A DNA stretch of 64,000 nt, taken from assembly GCF_963921235.1 (NCBI RefSeq), contig NC_086108.1, positions 87,298,001-87,362,000 of the forward strand. The letters are read 5' to 3'. The DNA comes from Mobula hypostoma. Its lineage: Eukaryota. A model generated the notes under the pieces. The model was given only the letters and a program-made list of their open reading frames with translations. It had not been told where the DNA came from and made no database searches. Within the stretch, counting starts at the first letter, position 1. Every line of letters begins with the position of its first letter. A program made the position numbers and the translations under genes. This document shows positions 12,640-24,329 of this stretch, one piece after another.

Positions 12640-12990
12640 TTTGTTAAACTCAAGTGCATCTATGTTGAGACCTAAACCATTGATCTGATGCCAGGAGTTT
12701 GAATTTACATTCAAATTTTAATCGGGTGTAAGCTAGTTTTGTTAAATAAATCTGGAATGAAACGTTAACAACAGTAATGGGAACAATAAAACCAGGTTAT
12801 TGTGAAAACCCCTTATTCCAGTAATGTCCTTTAGGGAAAGAAGTCTATCATTCTTACCCTGTCTAGCCTTTTTGTGACTAACTATATACCCAAATACTTG
12901 ATCCTCAGATCTCACCTGCCCTACCCCAACAAGCCACTTAGTTTAGGAGCAATTATTGATGAACGGTAAATGCTGGTCCTATTGGTGGAA
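12640..12990 (+). repeat. Old dispersed SINE-like repeat
   Basis: Shares blocks (aataaatctggaat, taatgtcctttaggga, ataaatgctgg) with diverged copies at about 20310-20630 and 42770-43020. Confidence 0.4.
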
Positions 12991-13864
12991 ACAACATTTC
13001 AGGAATGAGAATGAAAATAATGTTTTGTCAGCTATGGGTCACTTTCCTCCTGAAAACAGAAGGCAGAGGTGGTGACCTAATACAGCTTTTCAGGATTATG
13101 AAAGGTTTTTCATCTGCTGGATTAAAAAATAAGAATGATTTTGCATGGATACATGTAACTATGCAGAGGGCATCATTAGCAGAGGAACTCTGAGGGGGTT
13201 ATTTTAACTCTGGGAGAGTTCCTCCCTTCTGCCGCCTGCATGGGATGATGAGTCTATGGGGACTTTGAGACTTTTTTTTACCGTGCCCATGGTCTGCTCT
13301 TCATCAAATTATGGTATTGCTTTGCACTGTTGTAACTATGTTATAATTACGTGGTTTTGTCAGTTTTAGTCTTGGTTTGTCCTGTGTTTTTCTTGTGATA
13401 TCATTCTGGAGGAACATTGTATCATTTTTTAATGCATGCATTTCTAAACGACAATAAACAAAAACTGAACTGAACTGAACTCAGAAGAAAGGTCTTCACT
13501 CAGAGAGCGGTGAGAATGTGGAAGCCATTAGCACAATGGGCGGTGTTAATAATAGGGCTGGTACGGCATATCTAAGTGGAAACTAGTCAATTGTGAGAGG
13601 CTTTCACTGACGGATTTGGATGAGGAAAGAAAGGAGGACACCCAGATAAAACATAAATGTTGACATTGACTGTTTCTGCCTGTATACCCTCTGTAGTTCT
13701 GTGTAATCTTGTTTTTAATCTGTCCCACCACATTTAAGGATTTGACAGAAACATCCTTTGGCTTTCTTCTGATCTTAAACTCCTTTGAAATTTTTAATGA
13801 TATTTTCTTTTAAAACATAAACATCCTGCAGTTTAACACTTTCTAGCTAAGCACAGCTTCAATG

Positions 13865-14030
13865 CTATATTTGTTTGGTGATGACACTGCTGTTGTTGGC
13901 CAAATCAAAGGCCGTGACAAATTGGCACATAGGAGAGAGATTAAAAATCTGGTTGAATGATGCCACACCAATAACCTCTCACTCAACATCAGCAAGACCA
14001 AAGAGCTGATAATTGACAAAAGTAGGAAGA
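13865..14030 (+). mobile_element. Rex1/Babar fragment
   Basis: DDTAVVGQIK..NNLSLNISKTKELIID-type remnant. Confidence 0.65.
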
Positions 14031-14383
14031 AGCTATAAGCTATAGGAGCAGAATTAGGCTATTTGGCCCATCGAGTCTGCTCCGCCATTTCAGCATAGCT
14101 GATGCAATTTTCCTCTCAGCCCTAATCTCCTGTCTTCCCCTCCCACCCCCATATCCCTTCATGCCCCGGCCAATCAAGAATTTATTAATCCCTGCCTTAA
14201 ATATATGTAAAGACTTGGCCTCCACAGCTACCTCTGGTAATGAATTCCACAGATTCACCACCCTCCAGTGATATAAATTCCTCCTTATCTCCATTCTAAA
14301 AGGACATCCCTCTATTCTAAGCAAAACACATCAAAGTTGCTGGTGAACGCAGCAGGCCAGGCAGCATCTGTAGGAAGAGGTGC

Positions 14384-14419
14384 AGTCGACGTTTCAGGCC
14401 GAGACCCTTCGTCAGGACT
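14384..14419 (-). ncRNA. Minimal type I hammerhead ribozyme motif
   Basis: AGUC-CUGACGA-A-GGGU(CUCG)GCCU-GAAA-CG-UC/GACU on the PLE sense strand. Confidence 0.75.
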
Positions 14420-14758
14420 AACTGAAGGAACAGTGAGTAAGGGATTTGAAAGTTGGAGGGGGAGGGGGAGATCCAAAATGATAGGAGAAGACAGGAGGGG
14501 GAGGGATAGAGCCAAGAGCTGGACAGGTGATAGGCAAAAGGGGATACGAGAGGATCATGGGACAGGAGGTCCAGGAAGAAAGACAAGGAGGGGGTGGAGG
14601 GGACCCAGAGGATGGGCAAGAGGTATATTCAGAGGGACAGAGGGAGAAAAAGGAGAGTGAGAGAAAGAATGTGTGCATAAAAATAAGTAACAGATGGGGT
14701 ACGAGGGGGAGGTGGGGCCTTAGCGGAAGTTAGAGAAGTCGATGTTCATACCATCAGG

Positions 14759-16065
14759 TTAGAGTCTACCCAGACGGAATATAAGGTGTTGTTCCTCCAA
14801 CCTGAGTGTGGCTTCATCTTTACAGTAGAGGAGGCCGTGGATAGACATGTCAGAATGGGAATGGGATGTGGAATTAAAATGTGTGGCCACTGGGAGATCC
14901 TGCTTTCTCTGGCGGACAGAGCGTAGATGTTCAGCAAAGCGGTCTCCCAGTCTGCGTCGGGTCTCGCCAATATATAAAAGGCCACATCGGGAGCACCGGA
15001 CGCAGTATATCACCCCAGCCGACTCACAGGTGAAGTGTTGCCTCACCTGGAAGGACTGTTTGGGGCCCTGAATGGTGGTAAGGGAGGAAGTGTAAGGGCA
15101 TGTGTAGCACTTGTTCCGCTTACACGGATAAGTGCCAGGAGGGAGATCAGTGGGGAGGGATGGGGGGACGAATGGACAAGGGAGTTGCGTAGGGAGCGAT
15201 CCCTGCAGAATGCAGAGAGAGGGGGGGGGAGGGAAAGATGTGCTTAGTGGTGGGATCCCGTTGGGGGTGGCAGAAGTTACGGAGAATAATATGTTGGACC
15301 CAGAGGCTGGTGGGGTGGCAGGTGAGGACCAGGGGAACCCTATTCCTAGTGGGGTGGCAGGAGGATGGAGTGAGAGCAGATGTACGTGAAATGGGGGAGA
15401 TCGTTTAAGAGCAGAGTTGATAGTGGAGGAAGGGAAGCCCCTTTCTTTAAAAAAGGAAGATATCTCCCTCATCCTAGAATGAAAAGCCTCATCCTGAGAG
15501 CAGATGCGGCGGAGACGGAGGAATTGCGAGAAGGGGATGGCGTTTTTGCAAGAGACAGGGTGAGAAGAGGAATAGTCCAGATAGCTGTGAGAGTCAGTAG
15601 GCTTATAGTAGACATCAGTGGATAAGCTGTCTCCAGAGACAGAGACAGAAAGATCTAGAAAGGGGAGGAAGGTGTCGGAAATGGACCAGGTAAACTTGAG
15701 GGCAGGGTGAAAGTTGGAGGCAAAGTTAATAAAGTCAACGAGTTCTGCATGCGTGCAGGAAGCAGCGCCAATGCAGTCGTCGATGTAGTGAAGGAGAAGT
15801 GGGGGACAGATACCAGAATAGGCATGGAACATAGATTGTTCCACAAACCCAACAAAAAGGCAGGCATAGCTAGGACCCATACGGGTGCCCATAGCTACAC
15901 CTTTAGTTTGGAGGAAGTGGGAGGAGCCAAAGGAGAAATTATTAAGAGTAAGGACTAATTCCGCTAGACGGAGCAGAGTGGTGGTAGAGGGGAACTGATT
16001 AGGTCTGGAATCCAAAAAGAAGCGTAGAGCTTTGAGACCTTCCTGATGGGGGATGGAAGTATATA
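14759..16065 (-). pseudogene. PLE reverse transcriptase (C-terminal part), Cys-rich linker and GIY-YIG endonuclease, 5'-truncated
   Basis: LYTSIPHQEG, GVAMGTRMGPSYACLFVG, HYIDD, LPFLDLSV, YYKPTDSHSYL, YPCKRNKCYTCPY, GVIYCVRCSRCGLLYIGETRRRLGDRFAEH. An out-of-frame middle segment lies between compensating frameshifts. A premature TAA occurs near the end. Confidence 0.9.
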
Positions 16066-16519
16066 ATTCCACATCCCATTCCCATTCTGACATGTCTATC
16101 CACGGCCTCCTCTACTGTAAAGATGAAGCCACACTCAGGTTGGAGGAACAACACCTTATATTCCGTCTGGGTAGACTCTAACCTGATGGTATGAACATCG
16201 ACTTCTCTAACTTCCGCTAAGGCCCCACCTCCCCCTCGTACCCCATCTGTTACTTATTTTTATGCACACATTCTTTCTCTCACTCTCCTTTTTCTCCCTC
16301 TGTCCCTCTGAATATACCTCTTGCCCATCCTCTGGGTCCCCCCACCCCCTCCTTGTCTTTCTTCCTAGACCTCCTGTCCCATGATCCTCTCGTATCCCCT
16401 TTTGCCTATCACCTGTCCAGCTCTTGGCTCTATCCCTCCCCCTCCTGTCTTCTCCTATCATTTTGGATCTCCCCCTCCCCCTCCAACTTTCAAATCCCTT
16501 ACTCACTCTTCCTTCAGCT

Positions 16520-16555
16520 AGTCCTGACGAAGGGTCTCGGCCTGAAACGTCGACT
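16520..16555 (+). ncRNA. Minimal type I hammerhead ribozyme motif
   Basis: agtc ctgacga a gggt ctcg gcct gaaa cg tc gact. Predicted cleavage after C16551. Confidence 0.75.
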
Positions 16556-19059
16556 GCACCTCTTCCTACAGATGCTGCCTGGCCTGCTGCGTTCACCAGC
16601 AACTTTGATGTGTGTTGCTTGAATTTCCAGCATCTGCAGAATTCCTGTTTGCGTTTTTTCCCTCTATTCTGTGTTCTTTGGTCTTAGACTCTCCCACGAT
16701 AGGAAACATCGTCTGCACATCCACTCTATCAAGGCCCTTCACCATTCGATAGGTTTCAATGAGGTCACCCCTCATTCTTCTGAATTTTAGTGAATACCAG
16801 CCCATAGCCATCAAGCGCTCTTCATATGACGATCCATTAAATCCTGGAATCATTTTTGTGAATCTCCTTTGAACCCTCTCCAGTTTCAGGACATCCTTTC
16901 TAAGATAAGGGGCCCAAATTTGCTCACAATATTCCAAGTGAGGTCTCACCACTGCTCGTTTACCTTCCTCACCACAAACTCAGACTTCAAATTAACCTTT
17001 AGGGAATCTTGCACAAGGACTCCCTAATCCCTTTGCATTTCAGATTTTTGTATTTTCTCTTCACTTAGAAAATAGTCTACCCTTTCATTTCTTCTACCAA
17101 AGTGCATGGCCATATACTTCCCGACACTGTATTCCATCTGCCACTTCTTTTCCCATTCTCCTAATCTGTCTAATTCATTCTGTAGCCTCTCTATTTCCTC
17201 AAAACTACCTGCCCCTCCGCCTATCTTTGTATCATCTACCAAATTTGCAACAAAGCTATCAATTCCATCATCCAAATCATTGACATATAACGTAAAAAGA
17301 ATTGATCCCATCACAGACTCCTGTGAAACACTACTAGTCCTGACCAAGATGGAAATCTAGTCACCGGCAGCCAACCAGAAAAGGCTCCCTTAATTCCTAC
17401 TCTTTGCCGCCCACCAATCAGCCACTGCTTTATCCATGCTAGAATCTTTCCTGTGTTATCATGGGCTACTAGCTTGTTAAGCAGCCTCATGTGTGGCACC
17501 TTGTCAAAGTACTTCTGAAAATCCAAGTACACAACATCAACCGACTCTCCTTTGTCTATCCTGCTTGTTATTTCTTCAAAGAATTCCATCAGGTTTGTCA
17601 GGCAAGATTGAGGAAACCATGTTGACTACGGCCCGTTTTATCATGTGCCTCAAAGTATCCTGAGACCTCATCCTTAATAATCAACTCCAACATCTTCCCA
17701 ACCACTGAGGTCAGATTAACTGGCCTATAATTTCCTTTCTTCTGCCTCTTTCCCTTGTTGAAGAGTGGAGTGACATTTGCAATTTTCCAGTCTTCCAGAA
17801 CCATTCCAGAATCTAGCAATTCTTGAAAGATCATTACTATTGCCTCCACAATCTCTTCAGCCACCTCTTTCAGAACCCTGGGGTGTACACCATCTGGTCC
17901 AGGTGACTTACCTACTTTCAGACCTTTCAGTTTCCCAAGAACCTTCTCTCGAGTAATGGCAACTTTACACAATTCATGACTCCTGACACCTGGAACTCCC
18001 ACCATACTGCTAGTGTCTTCCATAGTGAAGACTGATGCAAAATACTTACTCAGTTCATCTGCCATTTCCTTGCCGCCATTACTACTTCTCCAGCATTGTT
18101 TCCAGTGGTCTGATATCCACTCTCACCTCTGTATTAAACTTCATGTATCAGAAGAAACTTTTGGTATCCTTTTTAATATGATTGGCTAGCTTACTTTCAT
18201 ATTCCATCTCTACCTTCTCAATTACTTTTTCATTTGCCTTCTGCTGGTATTTAAAAGCTTTCCAATCCTCTCACTTCCCACTAATCTTTGCTCTATTATA
18301 CACCTTCTCCTTGGCTTTTATGTTGGCTTTGACTTCCCTTATTAGCCATGGTTGTGTCACCTTGCCTTTAGAATACTTCTTCCTCTTTGAGATGTATATA
18401 TCCTGTGCCTTCCAAATTGCTTCCAGAAATTACTGCTCTGCTGTCATCCCTGCCAGTGTTCTTTTCCAATCAATTCCGGCCAGCTCCTCTCTCATGCCTC
18501 TGCAATTTCCTTTCCTCCATTGTAATACTAATACATCTGGCTTTAGCTTAGCCTTCTCAAATTTCAGGGTGAATTCGATCATATCACTTTCCCCTAAGGG
18601 TTCTTCCACCTTAAGCTCTCTAATCAATTCATTATCCAGTTCATTGCACAGCACCCAATTGAGAATAGCTGATCCCCTAGTGGGCTGAATCATGAAATGC
18701 TAAAAAGGCATCTCCCCCTCCTGTAATCCCACATCAACCTGATTTTCCCAATCTACCTTCATATTAAAATCCCCCATGACTATTTTAACATTACTCTTTT
18801 GGCATGTATTTTCTATCTCATGTTGTAACTTGCAGACCATTTCCTTACATCTGTTTGGGGATCTGTATATAACTCCCATTAGGGTCTTTTTACCCTTGTG
18901 GTTCCTGAGCTCTATCCACAAAGATTCAACACTTTCCAACCCTTTGTCATCTTTCTGATGATTTAATTTCATTTTTTACTAATAGAGCCACGCCGCCCAC
19001 TCCCTCTGTCTTCTTGCCCATCCTTTCAATACAATGAAGCCCATGAGCTGTTCCTCATT

Positions 19060-19872
19060 TGAGGATTGAAGGTGGAGAAGGTTAGTAACATTAAATTGCT
19101 TGTTATTGTCATAAATGAGGATCTGTCCTGAGACCAGCACAATAGTGTCAACACAAAGGAGGCACAACAACATCTTGACTTTCACAGAAGTTTGCACAGA
19201 TTTGGCATATCATCTTTGACAAACTTCTATAGATGCGCAGTGGAGAGTATCCTGACTGGTTGCATCACAGCCTGGTATGAAGTTTCCAATGCCCAAGAAA
19301 GGAAAAGTCTTCACAAAGTGGTGTGTACAGTCCAGTCCATCACATGCAAATCCCTCTGCACTGCTGAACACATTTATAAGGAATGCTGCCACAAGAAAGC
19401 AGCATCCATCATCAATGATCCCCACCACCCAGGCCATGCACTCTTCTTGCTGCAGCCATTAAGAAGGGAATACAGGAGACTTGGGTCTCACACCACCAAG
19501 TTCAGAAACAGATATCACCCTTCAACCATTAGGTCCCACACCACCAGGTTCAGAAACAGATATCACCCTTCAACCATTAGGCTCCTGAACCGGCAAAGAT
19601 AAGTTCACTCACCTCAACTCTGAACTGATCCCACAACCTGTGAACTCACTTTCAAGCACTCTACAGCTCATGTTCTGAATATTATTACTTCCTTAATTTT
19701 CAAAATTTTGTCTTCTTTTTCACATTGGTTGTCAGTATTTGTGAGTAGCTTTTCACTGATTTCTTTGTATTTTCTGTTTTTCTAGGAATGCCTACAAGAA
19801 AATGAATCTCAAAGTATTATATGGTGACATATACAGTACATACTATGTTTTGATAATAGATTTACTTTGAAC
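19060..19872 (+). mobile_element. Rex1/Babar LINE 3' fragment with internal 48-bp tandem duplication
   Basis: LTNFYRCAVESILTGCITAWY..IINDPHHPGHALF. Duplicated unit at 19484-19531 and 19532-19579. Confidence 0.8.
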
Positions 19873-21156
19873 TTATATTCTGATGAAAGCCCAATGGCGA
19901 CTTAACTCTCACAACATCAGGCAGTCTTGATGAAGGGACACATCCCAAAATGTCAACTGTTTATTCCTCTCCGTAGTTGCTGCCTGACATTCTGAGCTCC
20001 TTGATCATTTTGTGTGTGACTCTCACAATCTTTAACAAGTATTTACTGGAGCGCATGACATGCCATGACCTAGACGGTTATGGGCCAAATGCTGGAAAGT
20101 GAGATTAAGATAGAGAGGTAGATGGGTAGTTGACCTACACACAGCTGTAATGTGTACCAATGAAATGTGGTCCAATGTGAAAAGCCTGTTAATGATTCTG
20201 ACCACAAGCTATTGGTATAGAACATGTAGTAAACTTCAATGAGATCGGAAACTTCTTTCATTAATCTGGGGTATTGTAGAATTTTCTCATCAACCACATT
20301 ACAGGTGATTACTGAAAAATGTGGTTAAGTTACTGGTCAGGTAACCCAAGAACCAGGGTTAATATCTTGAGGTGTGCCATCAAGCAGATTCACAGCTTTA
20401 AATTCCTCAGTGGCTATCTGCAATAAAACGCTGGCGTAATCTTTCGTGGTGATTATTAAAATATCGAATTGTTGTTTGAAAAAAAGCCCACTTAGTGTAT
20501 TAATGTCTTCAGGCAAAGTCTTTGTTCAATTTGGCCCAGATGGAAATCTTGAATGGTTGAGACCCAAATGCCCTCTGAAAAGGTCCAATGAGTTATATGG
20601 TCCAAAGGAAAGCCAATAAATGCTGGCTTTTAAGAACTGTTCCCCTGGCTGTTAGGAATCTTCCATAAACTGTGGCTAACTAGTCTTATTTTCAGAGTAG
20701 AACTGTCAGGATGGGACTTCTAACTGACCTTCCAACTCTATTCAATAAGTTGAGGAATCAACCAGAACTCCCTAGAGGTATTGGAAAGTTCACTATAGGA
20801 GTAGTTCTTATTCAACTCGTTCCTTGTACATGCCAACCAATTATATAAAGTAACTGTTTAGGTTCCAAAGATTGATGGGGTTAAGCTCTCATTCAAGCTC
20901 ATGTTGTTGATTGGTAGTCTAGAGGGTTGCGCAGGAAGGGAGGTGTTAGAGTTCAGCGATTCACCTCTCCATGGACGATCAGTTTAAGTATGAGTCTGGA
21001 AGAAGCAGGGCAACACAGACTGTTTTGATTTTCTGACAGTCATTGAAGAGAATACCAACTTTTAAAATGACCTTAGCTCACAACAGAGGTGAATAGTGTT
21101 TATTTCTATAAGACAAGGAGAAAGAGGATATTAATTGAGCCTCCCCGTGATATGTG

Positions 21157-21717
21157 CACTCGGTAAACACTTTATTAGGCATTTCCTCTAACTAATAAAG
21201 TGGCCACTGAGTGTATGTTCCTGGTCTTCTGCAGCTGTAGCTCATCTACTTCGAGGTTTGACATGTGTGTTCAGAGATGTTCTGCACACCACTAACGTGG
21301 TTATTTGGGTCACTATCACCTTCCTTTCAAATTGATCCAGTCTGGCCGTTCTCCTCTGAGTTCTACCATTAACAAGGGGGTGTTTCTGCTCACAGAACTG
21401 CCGCTCACTGGATGCTTATTTGTTTTTTGCATCTTTCTCTGTAAACTCTAGACACTGTTGTGTGTGGAAATCCCAGGAGATCATCAGTTTCTGAAATACT
21501 TAAATCACCCCATCTGGCGCCAACAATCATTCCACGGTCAAAGACGCTTAGATCACATTTCTTCCTCATTCTGATATTTGGTCTTAACAGCAATTGAACG
21601 TTTTTGGCTATGCCTGCATGCTTTTATGCATTGAGTTGCTGCCACATGATTGGCTGATTAGATATTTGCATTAATGAGCAGGTTTACAGCTGTACCTAAT
21701 AAAGTGACTACTGAGTT
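21157..21717 (-). mobile_element. Non-autonomous Tc1-derived element (transposase N-terminal HTH remnant)
   Basis: TIR motif CACTCAGTGGCCACTTTATTAGG at both ends (imperfect). MRKKCDLSVFDRGMIVGAR..SISET..LLGFPHTTVSRVYRE. Confidence 0.8.
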
Positions 21718-21982
21718 TACATTCTCTTCATCCAAATAGTTTGTAAAAAAAAATATCCAATTATATCCCAGATATAGAAATAGAATGAGCTGCAAAATGA
21801 GCAAACCACCATCCTTTCAGTAAAACCAGGAATGTGTCCTGAGAGTAGACAGATGAGGACAAAACTGTTAAGGACTACGACAGGAACGCCTTTCTCCTTT
21901 TACTTTCTGAGAGCTTCAGGGTAATTAATTTGCCTCCAGCTTTAATTTGCTCAGATGTTTGCTGGAAGATGACCCGAAACGC

Positions 21983-22068
21983 AGCAGGAATGCCGCATTT
22001 AATATCAAAGCAGGAATGCCGCATTTAATATCAAAGCAGGAATGCCACATTTAATATCAAAGCAGGAA
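21983..22068. repeat. 26-bp tandem repeat x3.3 (AGCAGGAATGCCGCATTTAATATCAA)
   Basis: Direct inspection. One substitution in the third unit, no spacers. Confidence 0.9.
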
Positions 22069-22743
22069 ATGCGAAAAATACAAAGCAGGTCAGACAAAAC
22101 TCTAAGAAAGAAAAATGATCATGTTTTGGGGTTAATGAGATTTTGTCAAAAGTATATTGCATTTAATTAGCCATTTAGGAATGGTGCGGAAACCACTGTG
22201 TTAAACTAATAGGTACATGGCATGACCAGAACCTGGAACCTCATGCATGCATTTTCCCTCTTGAGTATGGACAATAAGCCAGTTCTCCACACAGGTGATA
22301 CAGCACAGAAGGAGGCCTTTCAGCCAATTTATAGTTTTCATCCAATCTTGATCTTCTTTTATCATCATGGATTTGGTAACTTCCCTGCACCTGTGCACAT
22401 GTTCTTGTGATAGTCGGACTATAAAAAGGCACGAGATTATGAGAGTACAGACCAGAGGACCACCAGCCCCTTTTCCCAAGGTCAGAAATGGCCGATATCG
22501 GAGGAGATTCATTTCAGGTGGGCAGAGGAAAGCTAGAGGAGATTCAATAAAAGTTGCTTTTTTTTGTTAGCTACCTGGAACACACTGCCAGAGGTGGTTG
22601 TAGTGTTTTTACACTGGGGACATTTAGTAGACTTTTAGATAGGCACATGTATGTAAGAAAAGTGAAGGCCTATGAGCTGTGTAGGAGGGAAGGGTTAGAT
22701 TGATCATGGAGTAGGTTTATACATACAACACCGTGGGCTAAAG

Positions 22744-23466
22744 CAGCAGTCCCCAAACACTGGGCCGCAAAGCATGTGCTACCGGGCCGCGAGGAAACAA
22801 TATGAGTCAGCTGCACCTTTTCCTCATTCCCTGTCACGCACTGTTGAACTTGAACATAGGGTTGCCAACTGTCCCGTATTTGCCGGGACATCCCGTATAT
22901 TGGGCTAAATTGGCTTGTCCCTTATTTCCCCCGCTAAGTTAGAGCGTTCCTATGAAACCTTTCATGCCGAAATGGCGTGAAGCGAAGAAGCAATTGCCAT
23001 TAATTTATATAGGAAAAATTTTTGAGCGTTCCCAGACCCAAAAAATAACCTAACAAATCATACCAAATAACACATAAAACCGAAAATAAATATCACTAAC
23101 ATATAGTAAAAGCAGGAATTATATGATAAATACACAGCTTATATAAAGTAGAAATAATGTATGTACAGTATAGTCGGGAAGATGAAGGCAAAAGGGGGAG
23201 AAAATCGGCACGTACGCACATGCTCACACAGGTGCCCGTGCAAGGCTTCATGGTCATGGTAGTCTTTCCTGGGGTAAAGTGTCCTGAGATTTGACTGCTA
23301 CTTTTGTCCCTTATTTGGGAGTGAGAAAATTGGCAACCCCAACTGCAAAAGACATGTTGAGGTGAGTTTAACCCTACTTGAACACCCCCCGCCCCAGTCG
23401 GCCAGTCCACAAGAATATTGTCAATATTAAATCGGTCCGCGGTGCAAGAAAGGTTGGGGACCCCTG
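22744..23466. mobile_element. hAT (Charlie-like) non-autonomous element inserted in a CR1 3' UTR
   Basis: TIRs CAGCAGTCCCCAA / TTGGGGACCCCTG. Perfect 8-bp TSD GGCTAAAG at 22736-43 and 23467-74. Confidence 0.9.
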
Positions 23467-23522
23467 GGCTAAAGGATCCTTATTGTGTTATACTGTTGTA
23501 AATCCTTCCTACGTGTAAATAT

Positions 23523-23684
23523 AGCTGGCAAGTGGTGCAGCAGCATAAGCTCCAAGCTTCGGGGTGCATGGTCCCGGGTTCGAATCCGGCTGGCTCCTTA
23601 CACACATTCCATCCAAGTGCTTTGGAAACAGAAAAAATGTCGCCTAATGTGTCACATGGCATCAAAAGGAACAACAACAACACA
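23523..23684 (+). mobile_element. Short tRNA-derived SINE with (CAA)n tail
   Basis: B box GGTTCGAATCC at about 23577-23587, (ACA)n tail, 7-bp TSD TAAATAT at 23516-22 and 23685-91. Confidence 0.75.
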
Positions 23685-23987
23685 TAAATATCGAACCTGT
23701 TCTGCTTCTGTTGCGTTATAGATCTGTGTTATATTGATTCATTCATAATTCCAACAATGGTTCAGAGGATCGTAAGGTACTGATATTTACTTCCGCCACC
23801 TGAATCTCCTCAAAGCCTGATTGCATGGCAGGGATGGTGCTGTGAAAGTTTGGTCTTCTGGTTGATCAATGTTATTTCTTTCCAGCAAGCAAATTTTAGC
23901 AAAATAAAATAAGTAGACAAACTAGTTGTCTTCACTTACTACAGGACAGGAGGAGGCCATTTGGCCCATCGTTTCTGTGCCTGCTCT

Positions 23988-24200
23988 CTGAAATTGAAAG
24001 CAACACACACAAAATGCTGGGGGAACTCAGCAGGTCAGGCAGCATCTGTGGAAATGAACAAGCAGTCGTTGTTTCGGGATCTCGGCCTGAAACATATACT
24101 GTTCGTTCATTCCATAGATGCTGTCTGACCTGCAAAGTTCCTCCTGCATTTTGTGTATGTTGCTTTAAATTTCCAGCGTCTGCAGATTTTCTTGCGTTCG
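23988..24200. repeat. Fold-back hairpin of PLE terminal sequence centred in hammerhead stem II
   Basis: About 90-bp imperfect inverted arms meeting at gtttcggg-atctcg-gcctgaaac. Confidence 0.8.
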
Positions 24201-24329
24201 CACAAGTCACATAAAGTACATGCAAACTTCACAACAGACAGGACTGGAGGAGAAGATCAAACCCGCATCCCTGGCGCTTTGAAGCCATAGCCTTAGTTGT
24301 TGTACCACTGGGCTGGCCTGAAGTTATTT

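Larger units (their letters stand above)
14319..16658 (-). mobile_element. Young Penelope-like element (Neptune-like) with inverted terminal repeats and 12-bp TSD
   Basis: TSD TCCCTCTATTCT at 14307-14318 and 16659-16670. Arms 14319-14876 and 16064-16620 are near-identical inverted copies. Confidence 0.93.
14036..19040 (-). mobile_element. CR1 LINE ORF2 (endonuclease and RT) pseudogene, split by the PLE at 14319-16658
   Basis: ESLWIELRNHKGKKTLMGVIYRSPN..IVMGDFN (APE), KSPGPDGVHPRVLKE, WKIANVTPLF, YLDFQKYFDKVPH, VRPHLEYCEQIWAP, NLWNSLP. The sequence is continuous across the PLE. Confidence 0.9.

Noticed and set aside
14759..16093. 444-aa ORF as an intact gene
   Set aside because: The first residues (MSEWEWDVE) come from the antisense inverted arm, the RT is 5'-truncated, and the middle is out of frame between compensating frameshifts.
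19484..19581. 48-bp in-frame duplication as a functional repeat
   Set aside because: Local tandem duplication in a dead Rex fragment.
21983..22068. 26-bp repeats as a CRISPR array
   Set aside because: Head-to-tail units with no spacers, no cas genes, and a vertebrate repeat context. It is a simple tandem duplication.
23523..23600. tRNA gene
   Set aside because: A B box is present, but there is no convincing cloverleaf, and the tail and TSD indicate a SINE.
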